DNA of 64,000 nucleotides from Candidatus Poribacteria bacterium (GTDB taxonomy: Bacteria > Poribacteria > WGA-4E > WGA-3G), in contig JAPPFM010000003.1 in assembly GCA_028821605.1 (NCBI GenBank), positions 29,388 through 93,387 on the forward strand. Direction: 5' to 3'. The position numbers and the translations under genes were made by a program. The first letter of the stretch is position 1; the number at the start of each line of letters is the position of its first letter. The notes beneath the pieces are model-generated. The model made no database searches. It was not told the origin of the DNA and saw nothing but the letters and a program-made list of their open reading frames with translations. Positions 17,936 to 26,966 of the stretch are shown piece by piece.

Positions 17936-18245
17936 TAGCATCAGGAACCGAGCCTAAAACGAAGTGGGAGGAATTCTACGTAAAAGATCGTCAATATTCA
18001 AAACCACTTGAACGAACCGCAAGGAAAATTAAAAAGGTGTTTATCTTCATAGCATCAGGAAAGTAGCCTGTAATGTAATGGAAGGCGGATTTACGCACAG
18101 AAGCGTCAAAGTCCCAAAACCACCTGAACGAACCGCAAGGAAAATTTAAAAAAAACGTAGTCCGTAATGAAATGGAGGACGGCTATACGGACAGGAACGT
18201 CAAAATCCAATCCATCCTCAACGAACCGCAAGGAAAATTAAAAAT
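17936..18245 (+). repeat. Three tandem copies of the family D ~90-bp unit (period about 94-114 bp)
   Basis: Each unit ends ..(T/C)(T/C)(G/C)AACGAACCGCAAGGAAAATT(A/T)AAAA, and the last unit runs directly into the ATG at 18246. GTAG-headed hairpins (GTAGTCCGTAA..TACGGAC) sit at the unit starts. Confidence 0.9.
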
Positions 18246-19013
18246 ATGCCACAAATTGATCCAATTTATTTTGCTATTGTTGTTGCTGTTGTTATTATGC
18301 TTGGAACGAGCATCCGGATTCTTAAAGAATATGAGCGTGCTGTTATCTTTCGTCTCGGACGATTAACGGGCACCCGCGGTCCCGGACTTGTGTTTATGAT
18401 ACCGTTCTGGATTGAACGGATGCAACGCGTCAGCCTTCGGGTTGTCGTCAACGATGTTACGCCTCAAGATGTGATTACAAAGGACAACGTCTCCGTGAGC
18501 GTCAACGCAGTGTTGACCTTCAGAGTGATCGAAGCCGATAGGGCAGTAATTGAGGTTGAAGACTTCGGTTTTGCAATTTCCCAAGTCGCTCAGACAACGC
18601 TCCGTAGTGTCCTCGGACGTGCTGAACTGGATGATCTGCTCTCGGAACGTGAAAAGTTGAATCAGGACTTAGAAGAGATTATCAAGAAACATTGTGAACC
18701 GTGGGGGGTCGAAGTGCTTGCGATGGAGATCAAGCATGTGGATCTGCCTGTTGAAATGCAACGCGCGATGGCGAAACAGGCGGAGGCGGAACGGGAACGG
18801 CGTGCCAAAGTTACGCACGCTGAAGGTGAATTTGAGTCTGCCGAGGTTTTAACCAATGCCGCGGAAATTCTCAGTAGGATCCCAACTGCTGTCCAACTCC
18901 GTTTCCTTCAAGCGTTGGTAGAAGTCAGCGCGGAGAAGAACTCGACTATGGTTTTCCCAATTCCGATAGATCTGCTCAGTCCATTTCTTGAGAAGATAAA
19001 GACGGAAGAGTAG
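18246..19013 (+). CDS. SPFH/band 7 (stomatin-like) membrane protein
   Basis: N-terminal TM, then [34 protein letters not shown].., and a C-terminal coiled coil rich in AEAERE. Confidence 0.9.
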   Translation: MPQIDPIYFAIVVAVVIMLGTSIRILKEYERAVIFRLGRLTGTRGPGLVFMIPFWIERMQRVSLRVVVNDVTPQDVITKDNVSVSVNAVLTFRVIEADRAVIEVEDFGFAISQVAQTTLRSVLGRAELDDLLSEREKLNQDLEEIIKKHCEPWGVEVLAMEIKHVDLPVEMQRAMAKQAEAERERRAKVTHAEGEFESAEVLTNAAEILSRIPTAVQLRFLQALVEVSAEKNSTMVFPIPIDLLSPFLEKIKTEE

Positions 19014-19050
19014 CAGCGATTTCCAATTGTTGATTTTCTATAACGCGAAC

Positions 19051-19083
19051 AAAAAAGGCGGCGATGTGCCGCCTTTTTTTGTT
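19051..19083. terminator. Bidirectional rho-independent terminator
   Basis: AAAAAA-GGCGGC-GATGT-GCCGCC-TTTTTTT between convergent genes (19013 stop on +, 19204 stop on -). Confidence 0.85.
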
Positions 19084-19203
19084 TTCATTTTTGGATAATG
19101 AACCATCTTTAATGGAAAACGGTGTTTGCGTGCTAAAATCTTTTAAGTTGAATCTCTTGGGATAAAAAACGAGCCACAAGTAGTTCCACTGACGGTAAAA
19201 TCC

Positions 19204-20232
19204 TTATTTCGCTTTAATCTCCTCCCATGCGCGGTTATAGTGTCTCGTGAAGTCTCCTGCATCTTTCAGCCATTCAAGAGATTCCAAGACCTCTTGAGGT
19301 GGATAGATAAATTTGTGTTCCCGTAGGTGTTCCGGTAAATATTCTTTCGCTGTGGGGACACATGTCCCGTATTTCGTAAAAGCGGTGATCTTGGCGTTAA
19401 TTTCGGGGCGAAGGAGATAGTTAATGAACTGCTCAGCGAGGGACTTATGTGGTGCGGATTTCGGAATGCAGACTGCATCAATAAACTGGCTTGAGCCTTC
19501 TTTCGGAATGACGTATCGTATCGTGGGTCGGGTTTCGGTTGCTCGGAACGCATCGCCACTCCAGCAGTGTGCCATAACAACATCACCAGCGATGAGGAGT
19601 TCTTCCGCCTCACTCTTATACTGTTTGACGAGCGGTTTCTGGACAATGAGTTTCTCTTTCGCCGCTTTAATCTCTTCAGGATCGGTTGTGTTGAGGCTGT
19701 ATCCGAGCAGTTTAAGCGCGGCACCGATTGTCTCGCGTTGGTCGTCCAACATGCTGAATTGATTCTTATATTGCGCGTCCCAAAGTACTGTCCAACTATC
19801 GGGTGCTGGTGAAACAACAGCCGAATCGTAGGCGATGCCTGCGGTGCCGAATGTATAGGGGATAGAATATCGGTTTTCGCGGTCGAAGTATTTACCGAGG
19901 AATAGCGGGCTGATGTTTTGGAAGTTAGGGATGTTTTCACGGTTCAATTCAACTAAAAGGTTTTGCTTGATTAGGATTGATACCATGTAGTCAGACGGCA
20001 TGATGATGTCGTATCCTGTCGCACCCGCTAACAACTTCGCAAGGAGGTCTTCGTTACTGGCATAGGTATCGATGAGGACACTCGCCCCGAATTCCTTTTC
20101 AAATCCCTCACGGATGTCGTCACTGACGTAACCAGCCCACGTGAAGACGTTGAGTTGTTTCTTTTGGCTGTGGCTATTGCCGATAAAGAGTGCGAGAAGT
20201 ATGAGGACTAAAAGGATGTATCTGTTTCGCAT
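19204..20232 (-). CDS. Periplasmic polyamine (spermidine/putrescine) ABC substrate-binding protein, PotD/PotF-like, orphan
   Basis: Signal peptide. LNVFTWAGYVSDD..YDIIMPSDYMV.. pattern. No potABC genes adjacent. Confidence 0.8.
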   Translation of the reverse strand: MRNRYILLVLILLALFIGNSHSQKKQLNVFTWAGYVSDDIREGFEKEFGASVLIDTYASNEDLLAKLLAGATGYDIIMPSDYMVSILIKQNLLVELNRENIPNFQNISPLFLGKYFDRENRYSIPYTFGTAGIAYDSAVVSPAPDSWTVLWDAQYKNQFSMLDDQRETIGAALKLLGYSLNTTDPEEIKAAKEKLIVQKPLVKQYKSEAEELLIAGDVVMAHCWSGDAFRATETRPTIRYVIPKEGSSQFIDAVCIPKSAPHKSLAEQFINYLLRPEINAKITAFTKYGTCVPTAKEYLPEHLREHKFIYPPQEVLESLEWLKDAGDFTRHYNRAWEEIKAK

Positions 20233-20498
20233 TTTTTCTCCGTGTGGTGTTGGTTTTGTCGCTGTATTCGCGCGATATTGTTTGGCTTAACAGGGAATCA
20301 ATAGTTTTCCTAATAAGAGTGAATATGTTTGTAGTCGTGCGATTCATCGCACGTTCTAAAGGTGTGTATAACGGACAATAAATGGTTTCCCTACTACAAA
20401 CTAATGGACTTACATGCACGGAAAACGGAATTGTCTTGCTCAATATCGAGATTTGACAAGGTTTGTTATCTATGCTAATCTACGTACATTAGATGTGC

Positions 20499-20864
20499 TT
20501 ATTCATCAGATTCTTGGGTTGGTAATCCTTCGGCTTTCCAACCGCGGAAACCACCCGTCAGCACTGATACATTTTCATAGCCCATGTTTTTTAAGGTGTG
20601 TGCGGAGAGTGTCGCACGGGTGCCGCCACCGCAATATGTAACGATGTGTGTGTCTGCGTCAGGGGCGACCTCATCAATATCGAGTTCGAGATAACCGCGT
20701 GGGAGTGAAACCGCATTCGGCAAATGTTCTTCGTCGTAGTCGGGTTCATCGCGGACATCTAAAAGGATGATTGACTCTGTAGCTTCTGTGAGTTCGTCTG
20801 GCGATATGTGTCCAACATTCGCTTTCGCTTCGGCGACGAGTTGTTCAAGGGTTTTCAGTGGCAT
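20499..20864 (-). CDS. Single-domain rhodanese (sulfurtransferase)
   Basis: ILLDVRDEPDY..HLPNAVSLP..IVTYCGGGTRA (active-site Cys loop). ATG at 20864 with GGAGGA SD. The track's longer N-terminus is translated repeat H sequence. Confidence 0.85.
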   Translation of the reverse strand: MPLKTLEQLVAEAKANVGHISPDELTEATESIILLDVRDEPDYDEEHLPNAVSLPRGYLELDIDEVAPDADTHIVTYCGGGTRATLSAHTLKNMGYENVSVLTGGFRGWKAEGLPTQESDE

Positions 20865-20880
20865 TGTTTTCCTCCATTTA

Positions 20881-20990
20881 TAGTTGTCAGTTGTCGGTTC
20901 GGGTTTTCTATGAAAACCCTTTCGGTGGTCGGTTAAGAGGTTTTCGTCTAACAGAACCGTCTTGTAACTGATAACTGAAAACCGATAACC
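20881..20990 (-). repeat. Family H heptamer-arm element, minus-strand copy in the rhodanese 5' UTR
   Basis: The reverse complement reads GGTTATCGGTTTTCAGTTATCAGTT..ACAAGACGG..CCTCTTAACC..GAACCGACAACTGACAACTA, collinear with 12941-13096. Confidence 0.75.
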
Positions 20991-21100
20991 ATACACACTA
21001 TAGCATAATATAATTGGATTCGTCAATATTTTTTCGCGTGTTTTGTGGGTCGGAGTGTCGCAGTTAGAGGATTGCTCTTACAGTAAAGATAGGAGAAAAA

Positions 21101-21544
21101 ATGGAATTGCTTAAAAAATCTGTTCAGTCTGTGATTGAGAAGGATCGGATTGGGAGTCCAGTGTTTCTGCGGTGTGTTCTACATGTAGCAAGTGACACAG
21201 CGAATCTGCTACCATCATTGGGAGAGGCGGCTGCGCTCGCGAATGGATGGATGCCTTCAGCACCTGTGCGCGTCTATGCACAAGGGGGCGCAGAAGCAAC
21301 ACAGATAACAGTCATGGTTCACTATGTTGGAGGACAGATGGCACTGGTGAGTGTCAATCGGGTTGATGTTGAGACGGCAATCGACATCATGTTGGTTGGT
21401 AATAAAGGCGTTATCTACCACGAAACACCGGTAGGTAGGCACTACCTGAATGCAGCCCCACCGGAACTCGGCGGCACGGGTGAACTCACAGAGGCTATTG
21501 TACAGTCCCTTGAAAGCGGACAGCCTATAACATTGGAGGGTTAA
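21101..21544 (+). CDS. Hypothetical protein, translationally linked to the following oxidoreductase
   Basis: 147 aa with GGAG SD. Its stop is 2 nt before the ATG at 21547. Only a weak resemblance to the C-terminal domain of Gfo/Idh/MocA proteins. Confidence 0.6.
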   Translation: MELLKKSVQSVIEKDRIGSPVFLRCVLHVASDTANLLPSLGEAAALANGWMPSAPVRVYAQGGAEATQITVMVHYVGGQMALVSVNRVDVETAIDIMLVGNKGVIYHETPVGRHYLNAAPPELGGTGELTEAIVQSLESGQPITLEG

Positions 21545-21546
21545 AC

Positions 21547-22689
21547 ATGCAGCAGAACGGAAAATATGGGGTTCTTTTGCTCGGTGGGAATCGGACGCAT
21601 CAAGAGAATTACGCCTTGAGTTTTGCGCAGGATGCACGGTGTCGGTTGGTGGCGTTCGCTGATGAACCGGACGCACCCCCAGAACGTATTACGTTGGCAC
21701 GTTCGCTGGCTGAATCAATGGATTTGCCGTTCATAGACCTCGACGCAGCATTGGCACGCGAGGATGTGCATATCGTGAGTCTCTGTACAGATGTGGAACG
21801 TCGCGGACGTATAGGGGCGAAATGTGCAGAAGCGGGAAAGCACGTCTATCTCGATAAACCGATGGCACTCAACGCGGAAGATGCGAGCCGAATCGTTGAT
21901 GCGGTTGCGAAAAATGGCGTGCGGAGCCAGATGTTTAGCAACATCCACAGTGGTTGGGCGCGAACCGTCCAGAGGGCGTTAACGAGTGGACGTATCGGCG
22001 AACTTCAGGCGATTCATTGTGATGTCTTGTTTTCCAAGGGGCATCCGGGTACCGCACCCGTCGGAGAAAAAAGAATCCAAGAACCTACTCTGGAACGCTA
22101 CAGTTTCGTTGAAGCAAAACCAGAGATGTTTGATGTGGGTGTCTACGCGGTGTCTATGGTGAATTGGTTGACACAGAAGCGAGTGCAACGTGTTTTCGGT
22201 GGAACGGCGAACTATTTCTTTAAGGAGCATCGCGACTGTGGTCTTGAGGACTTTGGTACTTTAGTTCTGACCTTAGAAGATGGAATTACAGCAACGATTG
22301 TGGGTGGACGCTACGGATGGCAGAGTCACGCACAGGGCGGCGTTCGGAAGGTGCATCTCATCGGCACCGAAGGTACTTTGACGTTTGATGCTTCAGCGAA
22401 CCGCTTAGAGGTTTTCGCTGCTGAACCGGCATTTGAACCGCCGACACCGCACCCGCTTGATCCGATGGGGATGTGGAGTAGCACACAAGCAGAAATTGGA
22501 ATGCGTCCGAAGCAACAATGGATAGAGGTCGGCAATGATGACGATGGATCGCGGGAATTCAGCGCATTTGTAGATTGTGTTGAGAACGGTGTAGAGAGTG
22601 AGATGAACGCCGAATTTGCGGCGCATTCCGTGGAAATTATCTGTGCGGGGTATCGTTCAGCGGCAACTGGAGAGGTTATCGTTCTGTAA
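21547..22689 (+). CDS. Gfo/Idh/MocA-family oxidoreductase
   Basis: N-terminal Rossmann segment (YGVLLLGGNRTH..) and YLDKPMA (EKP-like motif). Confidence 0.75.
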   Translation: MQQNGKYGVLLLGGNRTHQENYALSFAQDARCRLVAFADEPDAPPERITLARSLAESMDLPFIDLDAALAREDVHIVSLCTDVERRGRIGAKCAEAGKHVYLDKPMALNAEDASRIVDAVAKNGVRSQMFSNIHSGWARTVQRALTSGRIGELQAIHCDVLFSKGHPGTAPVGEKRIQEPTLERYSFVEAKPEMFDVGVYAVSMVNWLTQKRVQRVFGGTANYFFKEHRDCGLEDFGTLVLTLEDGITATIVGGRYGWQSHAQGGVRKVHLIGTEGTLTFDASANRLEVFAAEPAFEPPTPHPLDPMGMWSSTQAEIGMRPKQQWIEVGNDDDGSREFSAFVDCVENGVESEMNAEFAAHSVEIICAGYRSAATGEVIVL

Positions 22690-22777
22690 GCATAGTGTTC
22701 TGTTTTTCGCCTGCAAGGTTTCATGAAGATTAAGAATTTAATTGGGTAATTGCGGGCAGTTACAAGACCTATTATTC

Positions 22778-22846
22778 CATCAAGATTGAGACGGATGACG
22801 CACGCATCAAACTAAAAAGACTATACCCTAAAAATCAATCTTGATG
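22778..22846. repeat. 12-bp perfect inverted repeat (CATCAAGATTGA ... TCAATCTTGATG) with a 45-nt loop
   Basis: Arms at 22778-22789 and 22835-22846. Confidence 0.6.
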
Positions 22847-22940
22847 CAATAATAGTTATTCAGCTGACCCCATTGGTGAGGGGAGTGGCGATGGTTTGAG
22901 TGGTTTCGGCTTCCCGAGTTTTAGTGGAGGTGCGGGAATA

Positions 22941-23165
22941 ATGCTGGGGATATGTATTGGGTTAACAGCCGGTGTCGCACTTCCATTTATTATATCTGCT
23001 AATCAGCCTCCTATAGTACCCGCTGAAATGTTACTTGGGAAATCACCTGAATATGTTAAATCCTACAGCGATGCCTATAAGGCAAAAATTCAATCACTTC
23101 GCGTAAAATGGATAGCAGCGGGGACTGCCACCGGATTCGGGTTATCGGCAATTGATGCCGCATAA
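22941..23165 (+). CDS. Possible small membrane protein
   Basis: ATG at 22941 with GGAGG about 12 nt upstream. Hydrophobic N-terminal (MLGICIGLTAGVALPFII) and C-terminal segments. No homolog recognised. Confidence 0.35.
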   Translation: MLGICIGLTAGVALPFIISANQPPIVPAEMLLGKSPEYVKSYSDAYKAKIQSLRVKWIAAGTATGFGLSAIDAA

Positions 23166-23227
23166 ACAGGATTTTGGATTTGTTGTGTGGAATCTGCAGT
23201 ATTTGTTTTCCGTTAGACTACCAAGTT

Positions 23228-23267
23228 AAAAAGGAAGAAAAAAGGAGTGGGCATAGGGACCCACTCC
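23228..23267 (-). terminator. Rho-independent terminator of the aminomutase gene
   Basis: On the minus strand: GGAGTGGG-TCCCTATG-CCCACTCC followed by TTTTTTCTTCCTTTTT. Confidence 0.8.
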
Positions 23268-23293
23268 AATAACGAACATAGATTTTCCTGGAC

Positions 23294-24349
23294 TTACCAA
23301 TCTTCGTCGTAGAAGGGTGTACTGGGGTAGCTATAGACGTTGCCTTCGTAGTTGCGGAGTTGAATTTCCTCGTCATCGAAGGCGACGATTGGGTCGGGGA
23401 TTAGCGCGATTTTTCCACCGCCACCAGGGGCATCAACGACATAATGCGGCACGCCGAGCCCAGATATGTGACCACGCAACGCAGCGACAATGTCTAAACC
23501 TGTCTGGACGGCTGTCCGGAAATGGTCGGTGCCGACAATGAGATCGGCTTGATAGATATAGTAAGGCTTAACCCGAATCCGCAACAGTCCTTTCATGAGT
23601 TCGACCATCACATCGGGATCATCGTTCACACCTTTCAGGAGGACTGTCTGATTACCGAGGGGGATACCTGCATCGGCTAACATACCGCATGCCTTTTCTG
23701 TTTCGGGTGTGATTTCGCGTGGATGGTTGAAATGGGTGTTGATATAGAAAGGGTGGTGCCGTTTCAAAATCGCACACAACTCTGGTGTAATGCGTTGGGG
23801 CAACGTTACTGGCACGCGCGAACCGATCCGAATGATTTCTAAGTGTTCAATTGCGCGTAAGCCACCGACAATCGTCTCGATTTTTTTATCGGTCAGCATG
23901 AGTGGATCGCCCCCGGAAATGATGACATCGCGAATCTCTGGGTGTGCCTGAATGTATGCAAGCCCCGTTTCAATGTTGTTATCGGAGATTGAGTGCGGGT
24001 CGCCGACTTTCCGCTTACGGGTGCAGAAACGGCAGTAGATTGGGCACATATAGTTGACATAAAAGAGTGCCCGGTCGGGATATCGGTGTGTGACGTTCGG
24101 TACTTCGCTATCGTCTTCTTCGTGGAGTGGGTCCTCTACACCGGTACTTATCAGTTCCTTGGGGTCCGGGACGACCTGTTTCCAAATTGGGTCGCCGGGT
24201 TTTTCTATGAGGCTGAGATAATACGGATTAATACGAATCGGAAACTCTTCGTGAATGCGCCGCATCTCATCCACATCAACATCGAATACGGCGGCGAGTT
24301 TTTCTGGTGTGTTGACAGTATCTCTAACAAGTTGTTTCCATTCTTCCAT
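23294..24349 (-). CDS. KamA-family radical SAM enzyme (lysine 2,3-aminomutase-like)
   Basis: CPIYCRFCTRK radical-SAM cluster with KamA/EpmB-type flanking sequence. 351 aa. Confidence 0.85.
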   Translation of the reverse strand: MEEWKQLVRDTVNTPEKLAAVFDVDVDEMRRIHEEFPIRINPYYLSLIEKPGDPIWKQVVPDPKELISTGVEDPLHEEDDSEVPNVTHRYPDRALFYVNYMCPIYCRFCTRKRKVGDPHSISDNNIETGLAYIQAHPEIRDVIISGGDPLMLTDKKIETIVGGLRAIEHLEIIRIGSRVPVTLPQRITPELCAILKRHHPFYINTHFNHPREITPETEKACGMLADAGIPLGNQTVLLKGVNDDPDVMVELMKGLLRIRVKPYYIYQADLIVGTDHFRTAVQTGLDIVAALRGHISGLGVPHYVVDAPGGGGKIALIPDPIVAFDDEEIQLRNYEGNVYSYPSTPFYDEDW

Positions 24350-24475
24350 TGATTATGTCCATCCTTTCCAAATTTCCGCTGTTATGCGTGTTGCTCCGTA
24401 GGCGCGGTGCAGCATAAGAAGTTCGCGAGCACCGCTTTGTGTTAAGACTGTAGTATGCCGAATTGATGAAATGTG

Positions 24476-25009
24476 CTACGGTGCTGGCGTATAGTTTTCA
24501 ATTGTTACCTTGTTCATGACATCGCGTTCGCGGAGTGCGTCTACTACATCCATCCCTTCGATAACCTTTCCGAATGTGGTGTAGTTGCCGTTTAGATGTG
24601 CATAAGGTGTGGTATCTGAACTGATACAGATATAGAATTGACTTCCGGCGGAGTCAGGGTTCTGTGTCCGTGCCATGGCGACGACCCCTTTTTCATGTTT
24701 CGGCATCTTTTCGAGGAGGTCTGGGTCTTGGAATTCACCAGGAATTGTCCATCCGGGTCCACCTCTACCTGTTCCCTGTGGGTCGCCCCCTTGAATAACA
24801 AAACCGGGGACATACCGATGAAAAATTACACCATCGTAGTACCCGGCTTCGATCAACCGAGCGAAGTTTGCAACTGTTGCTGGAGCAGCTTCGGGATAAA
24901 GTTGAATAATAATGTTTCCTTTTTCTGTTTCAATCGTTACATAAGGTAATTGATCCGTATTGCATGAGACGAGCGCTGCGAAAAACGCGCCTAATAAACT
25001 AAATCGCAT
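24476..25009 (-). CDS. Cyclophilin-type peptidyl-prolyl isomerase, lipoprotein
   Basis: Lipobox LVSC. FHRYVPGFVIQGGDP..GGPGW..SQFYI.. cyclophilin pattern. Confidence 0.9.
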   Translation of the reverse strand: MRFSLLGAFFAALVSCNTDQLPYVTIETEKGNIIIQLYPEAAPATVANFARLIEAGYYDGVIFHRYVPGFVIQGGDPQGTGRGGPGWTIPGEFQDPDLLEKMPKHEKGVVAMARTQNPDSAGSQFYICISSDTTPYAHLNGNYTTFGKVIEGMDVVDALRERDVMNKVTIENYTPAP

Positions 25010-25067
25010 AGTTTTTGGTGTGAAAATTTGGGAGTCTTCACGAATTCCTTTTTCGTTTATTTTAATC

Positions 25068-25196
25068 AGGACTTACGCAAAATCAGAGAATTAGGTCTAT
25101 TACGACGTAATCGGTGCGGTTAGGGGATTTAGTCTGGGAATAGACTAAATCCATTCTTTGTATTACATTCCGCACCTACCAGGGGGCGTAAGTTCT
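25068..25196 (+). repeat. ACTTACGC-stem nested-hairpin element, copy 1
   Basis: Outer stem AGGACTTACGC/GCGTAAGTTCT, middle stem GGTGCGG/CCGCACC, inner stem ATTTAGTCT/AGACTAAAT. Confidence 0.75.
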
Positions 25197-25525
25197 ATTA
25201 CTGTCGCAAGGTTTACGCGACATTTATTCTGTTCAGGCATTCTGTTCAGAAAATTACCGACGTAAGCCTTATCTGGATTGTATCAGAAGTCCCCGACGAG
25301 CATATAAATACATCAACGATGCTCTCGGTGAAAGCAAAAGTTGGTATACATTATACACTTATTTGTGCGTGAAGTCAAGCAAAATTTTGAAGGTATCTGC
25401 TTCGGTTCTCTGTAAACCCCGCGTTTTTTGAAGAAGAATAACACGATATGCTTCTGATAGCAGGTCGATTCGTCTTGACGCTGCAAAGTTGGACATGGTA
25501 CCCTATTAATTAGGAGGTGGTTGCA

Positions 25526-26668
25526 GTGCAAAACATCTCGACAGAAAATCAGAAGACGCGCGAACTGTTTGCGACGCTGAAGCTGCTGTCGCCCGGGACC
25601 TATCTGCGGGAAGGTATTGACTATATCATCCAAGCCAAAACTGGTGGACTCATCGTCATTGGTGATGCACCAGAGATTCTGGACTTGACAGAAGGTGGCT
25701 TCCGGATTAACTGCCCATATACGCCGACACGCTTATATGAGTTGTCAAAAATGGATGGAGCGATTATCCTTTCTGAAGATATAAAATGCATCGTGCGTGC
25801 CAATGTGACGCTGAGGATAAGTCCGTCTATCCCTTCAAGTGAAACTGGGCTTCGCCACCGCTCGGCGGATAAATTTGCGAGAGAGACTGAGCATATCGTG
25901 CTCGCTGTGTCGCAGAGTCGGAATACCCTCACCTTGTATCTCAAAAATCAGCACTATATGTTCCGAGAACGTACCACATTGCTTTCCGGAGCGAACCAAA
26001 CGATGCTTGCGCTTACGCAGCACCTCAGAGCACTGCAAAACGCTCTCACGATTCTCAATTGGGCAGAATTAAATGGAAATGTCTCCTTGGTGGATGTCGT
26101 CACTGCTATCCAGTTGTGTGAACGGGTGCGTCGCGCGGAACAGGAATTGCACCGATACAGAATCGAATTGGGAACGCAGGCGCAATCGCTACAACATATT
26201 CCCGAACTCACAACTGAGATTGAGAGCGGTTTTCTGATTACGAAAGATTACTTTCATGAAAGTTTACACGACAAATCTGAAGTGTTTGAAAAAATTCTGG
26301 AACTTGATGCGGACAGTCTCGCGAGCCAGAGCAATATTAGTGAGACTTTAGGATATCCGAGTGATATTGGGGACACTTTTGATAATCTCAAACCGCGCGG
26401 CTACCGGATACTGAGTCAGGTGCCTTGTATGCCGTTCGATACTATTGAAAACATCGTTCACAGGTTCAAAACGTTGGATGGCATCTACACAGCTGCTGTT
26501 GGTGAACTCCAAGCAGTTGATGGAGTGGGGAAGGCGAAAGCATCGACTATCAAGGACACCCTCGCGCAAATGAAAACAATGACTACCCAACCTCACGTTC
26601 TTGATTTGTCAGTATTGAATACCGAAAAGAGAAATTTACCCGTAGAAGATTGTGTTTTTGGTGACTAA
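25526..26668 (+). CDS. disA: DNA integrity scanning protein DisA (diadenylate cyclase)
   Basis: DAC domain motifs (GGLIVIGD, DGAIILSED, RHRSA), a helical linker and a C-terminal HhH (AVDGVGKAKAS). GTG at 25526, 8 nt after AGGAGG, is preferred. The track start at 25517 overlaps the SD. Confidence 0.9.
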   Translation: MQNISTENQKTRELFATLKLLSPGTYLREGIDYIIQAKTGGLIVIGDAPEILDLTEGGFRINCPYTPTRLYELSKMDGAIILSEDIKCIVRANVTLRISPSIPSSETGLRHRSADKFARETEHIVLAVSQSRNTLTLYLKNQHYMFRERTTLLSGANQTMLALTQHLRALQNALTILNWAELNGNVSLVDVVTAIQLCERVRRAEQELHRYRIELGTQAQSLQHIPELTTEIESGFLITKDYFHESLHDKSEVFEKILELDADSLASQSNISETLGYPSDIGDTFDNLKPRGYRILSQVPCMPFDTIENIVHRFKTLDGIYTAAVGELQAVDGVGKAKASTIKDTLAQMKTMTTQPHVLDLSVLNTEKRNLPVEDCVFGD

Positions 26669-26712
26669 GGTAAATTTTAGAATTGCTTGAACATTATGAT
26701 GGGTGAGTTTGT

Positions 26713-26783
26713 GGGCATCCACAAGGGGTGCCCCTACAAGAGAAAGGTGTGGGGAAGGAAAACCCAAGACCTATCCCTACAAG
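26713..26783 (+). repeat. REP-like hairpins (an R1 copy plus an R3-like copy)
   Basis: GGGCATCCACAAGGGGTGCCCCTACAAG and ..AACCCAAGACCTATCCCTACAAG. Confidence 0.8.
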
Positions 26784-26843
26784 CTGAGTGACCTATATAG
26801 ATATAGAGAAAAAATAAAAATTGAACGAGAACCCTATACACAT

Positions 26844-26935
26844 AGGACTTACGCAATTTGCTGATGAATACCTATGGCACGCACGCCGCTGGCGAGGTTT
26901 AAAACCTCGCCATCAAAGGTCGCTGTGTAAGTCCT
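26844..26935 (+). repeat. ACTTACGC-stem element, copy 2 (inner hairpin GGCGAGG-TTTAAAA-CCTCGCC)
   Basis: Outer arms AGGACTTACGCAA / GTGTAAGTCCT. Confidence 0.7.
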
Positions 26936-26966
26936 GACACAAAAATATGTAATAAGGAGTCAGAAA

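Noticed and set aside
17936-18245. Possible CRISPR array (also considered for 9573-9668 and 6268-6398)
   Set aside because: The units are 48-115 bp and directly abutting, with no unique spacers of regular length. There are only 2-3 units and no cas genes in the window. The repeats also occur singly elsewhere.
19266-19940. 224-aa minus-strand ORF overlapping the PotD-like gene in another frame
   Set aside because: It is on the same strand as a well-supported solute-binding protein gene but out of frame. Its composition is Ser/Arg/Pro-rich and looks like an off-frame translation.
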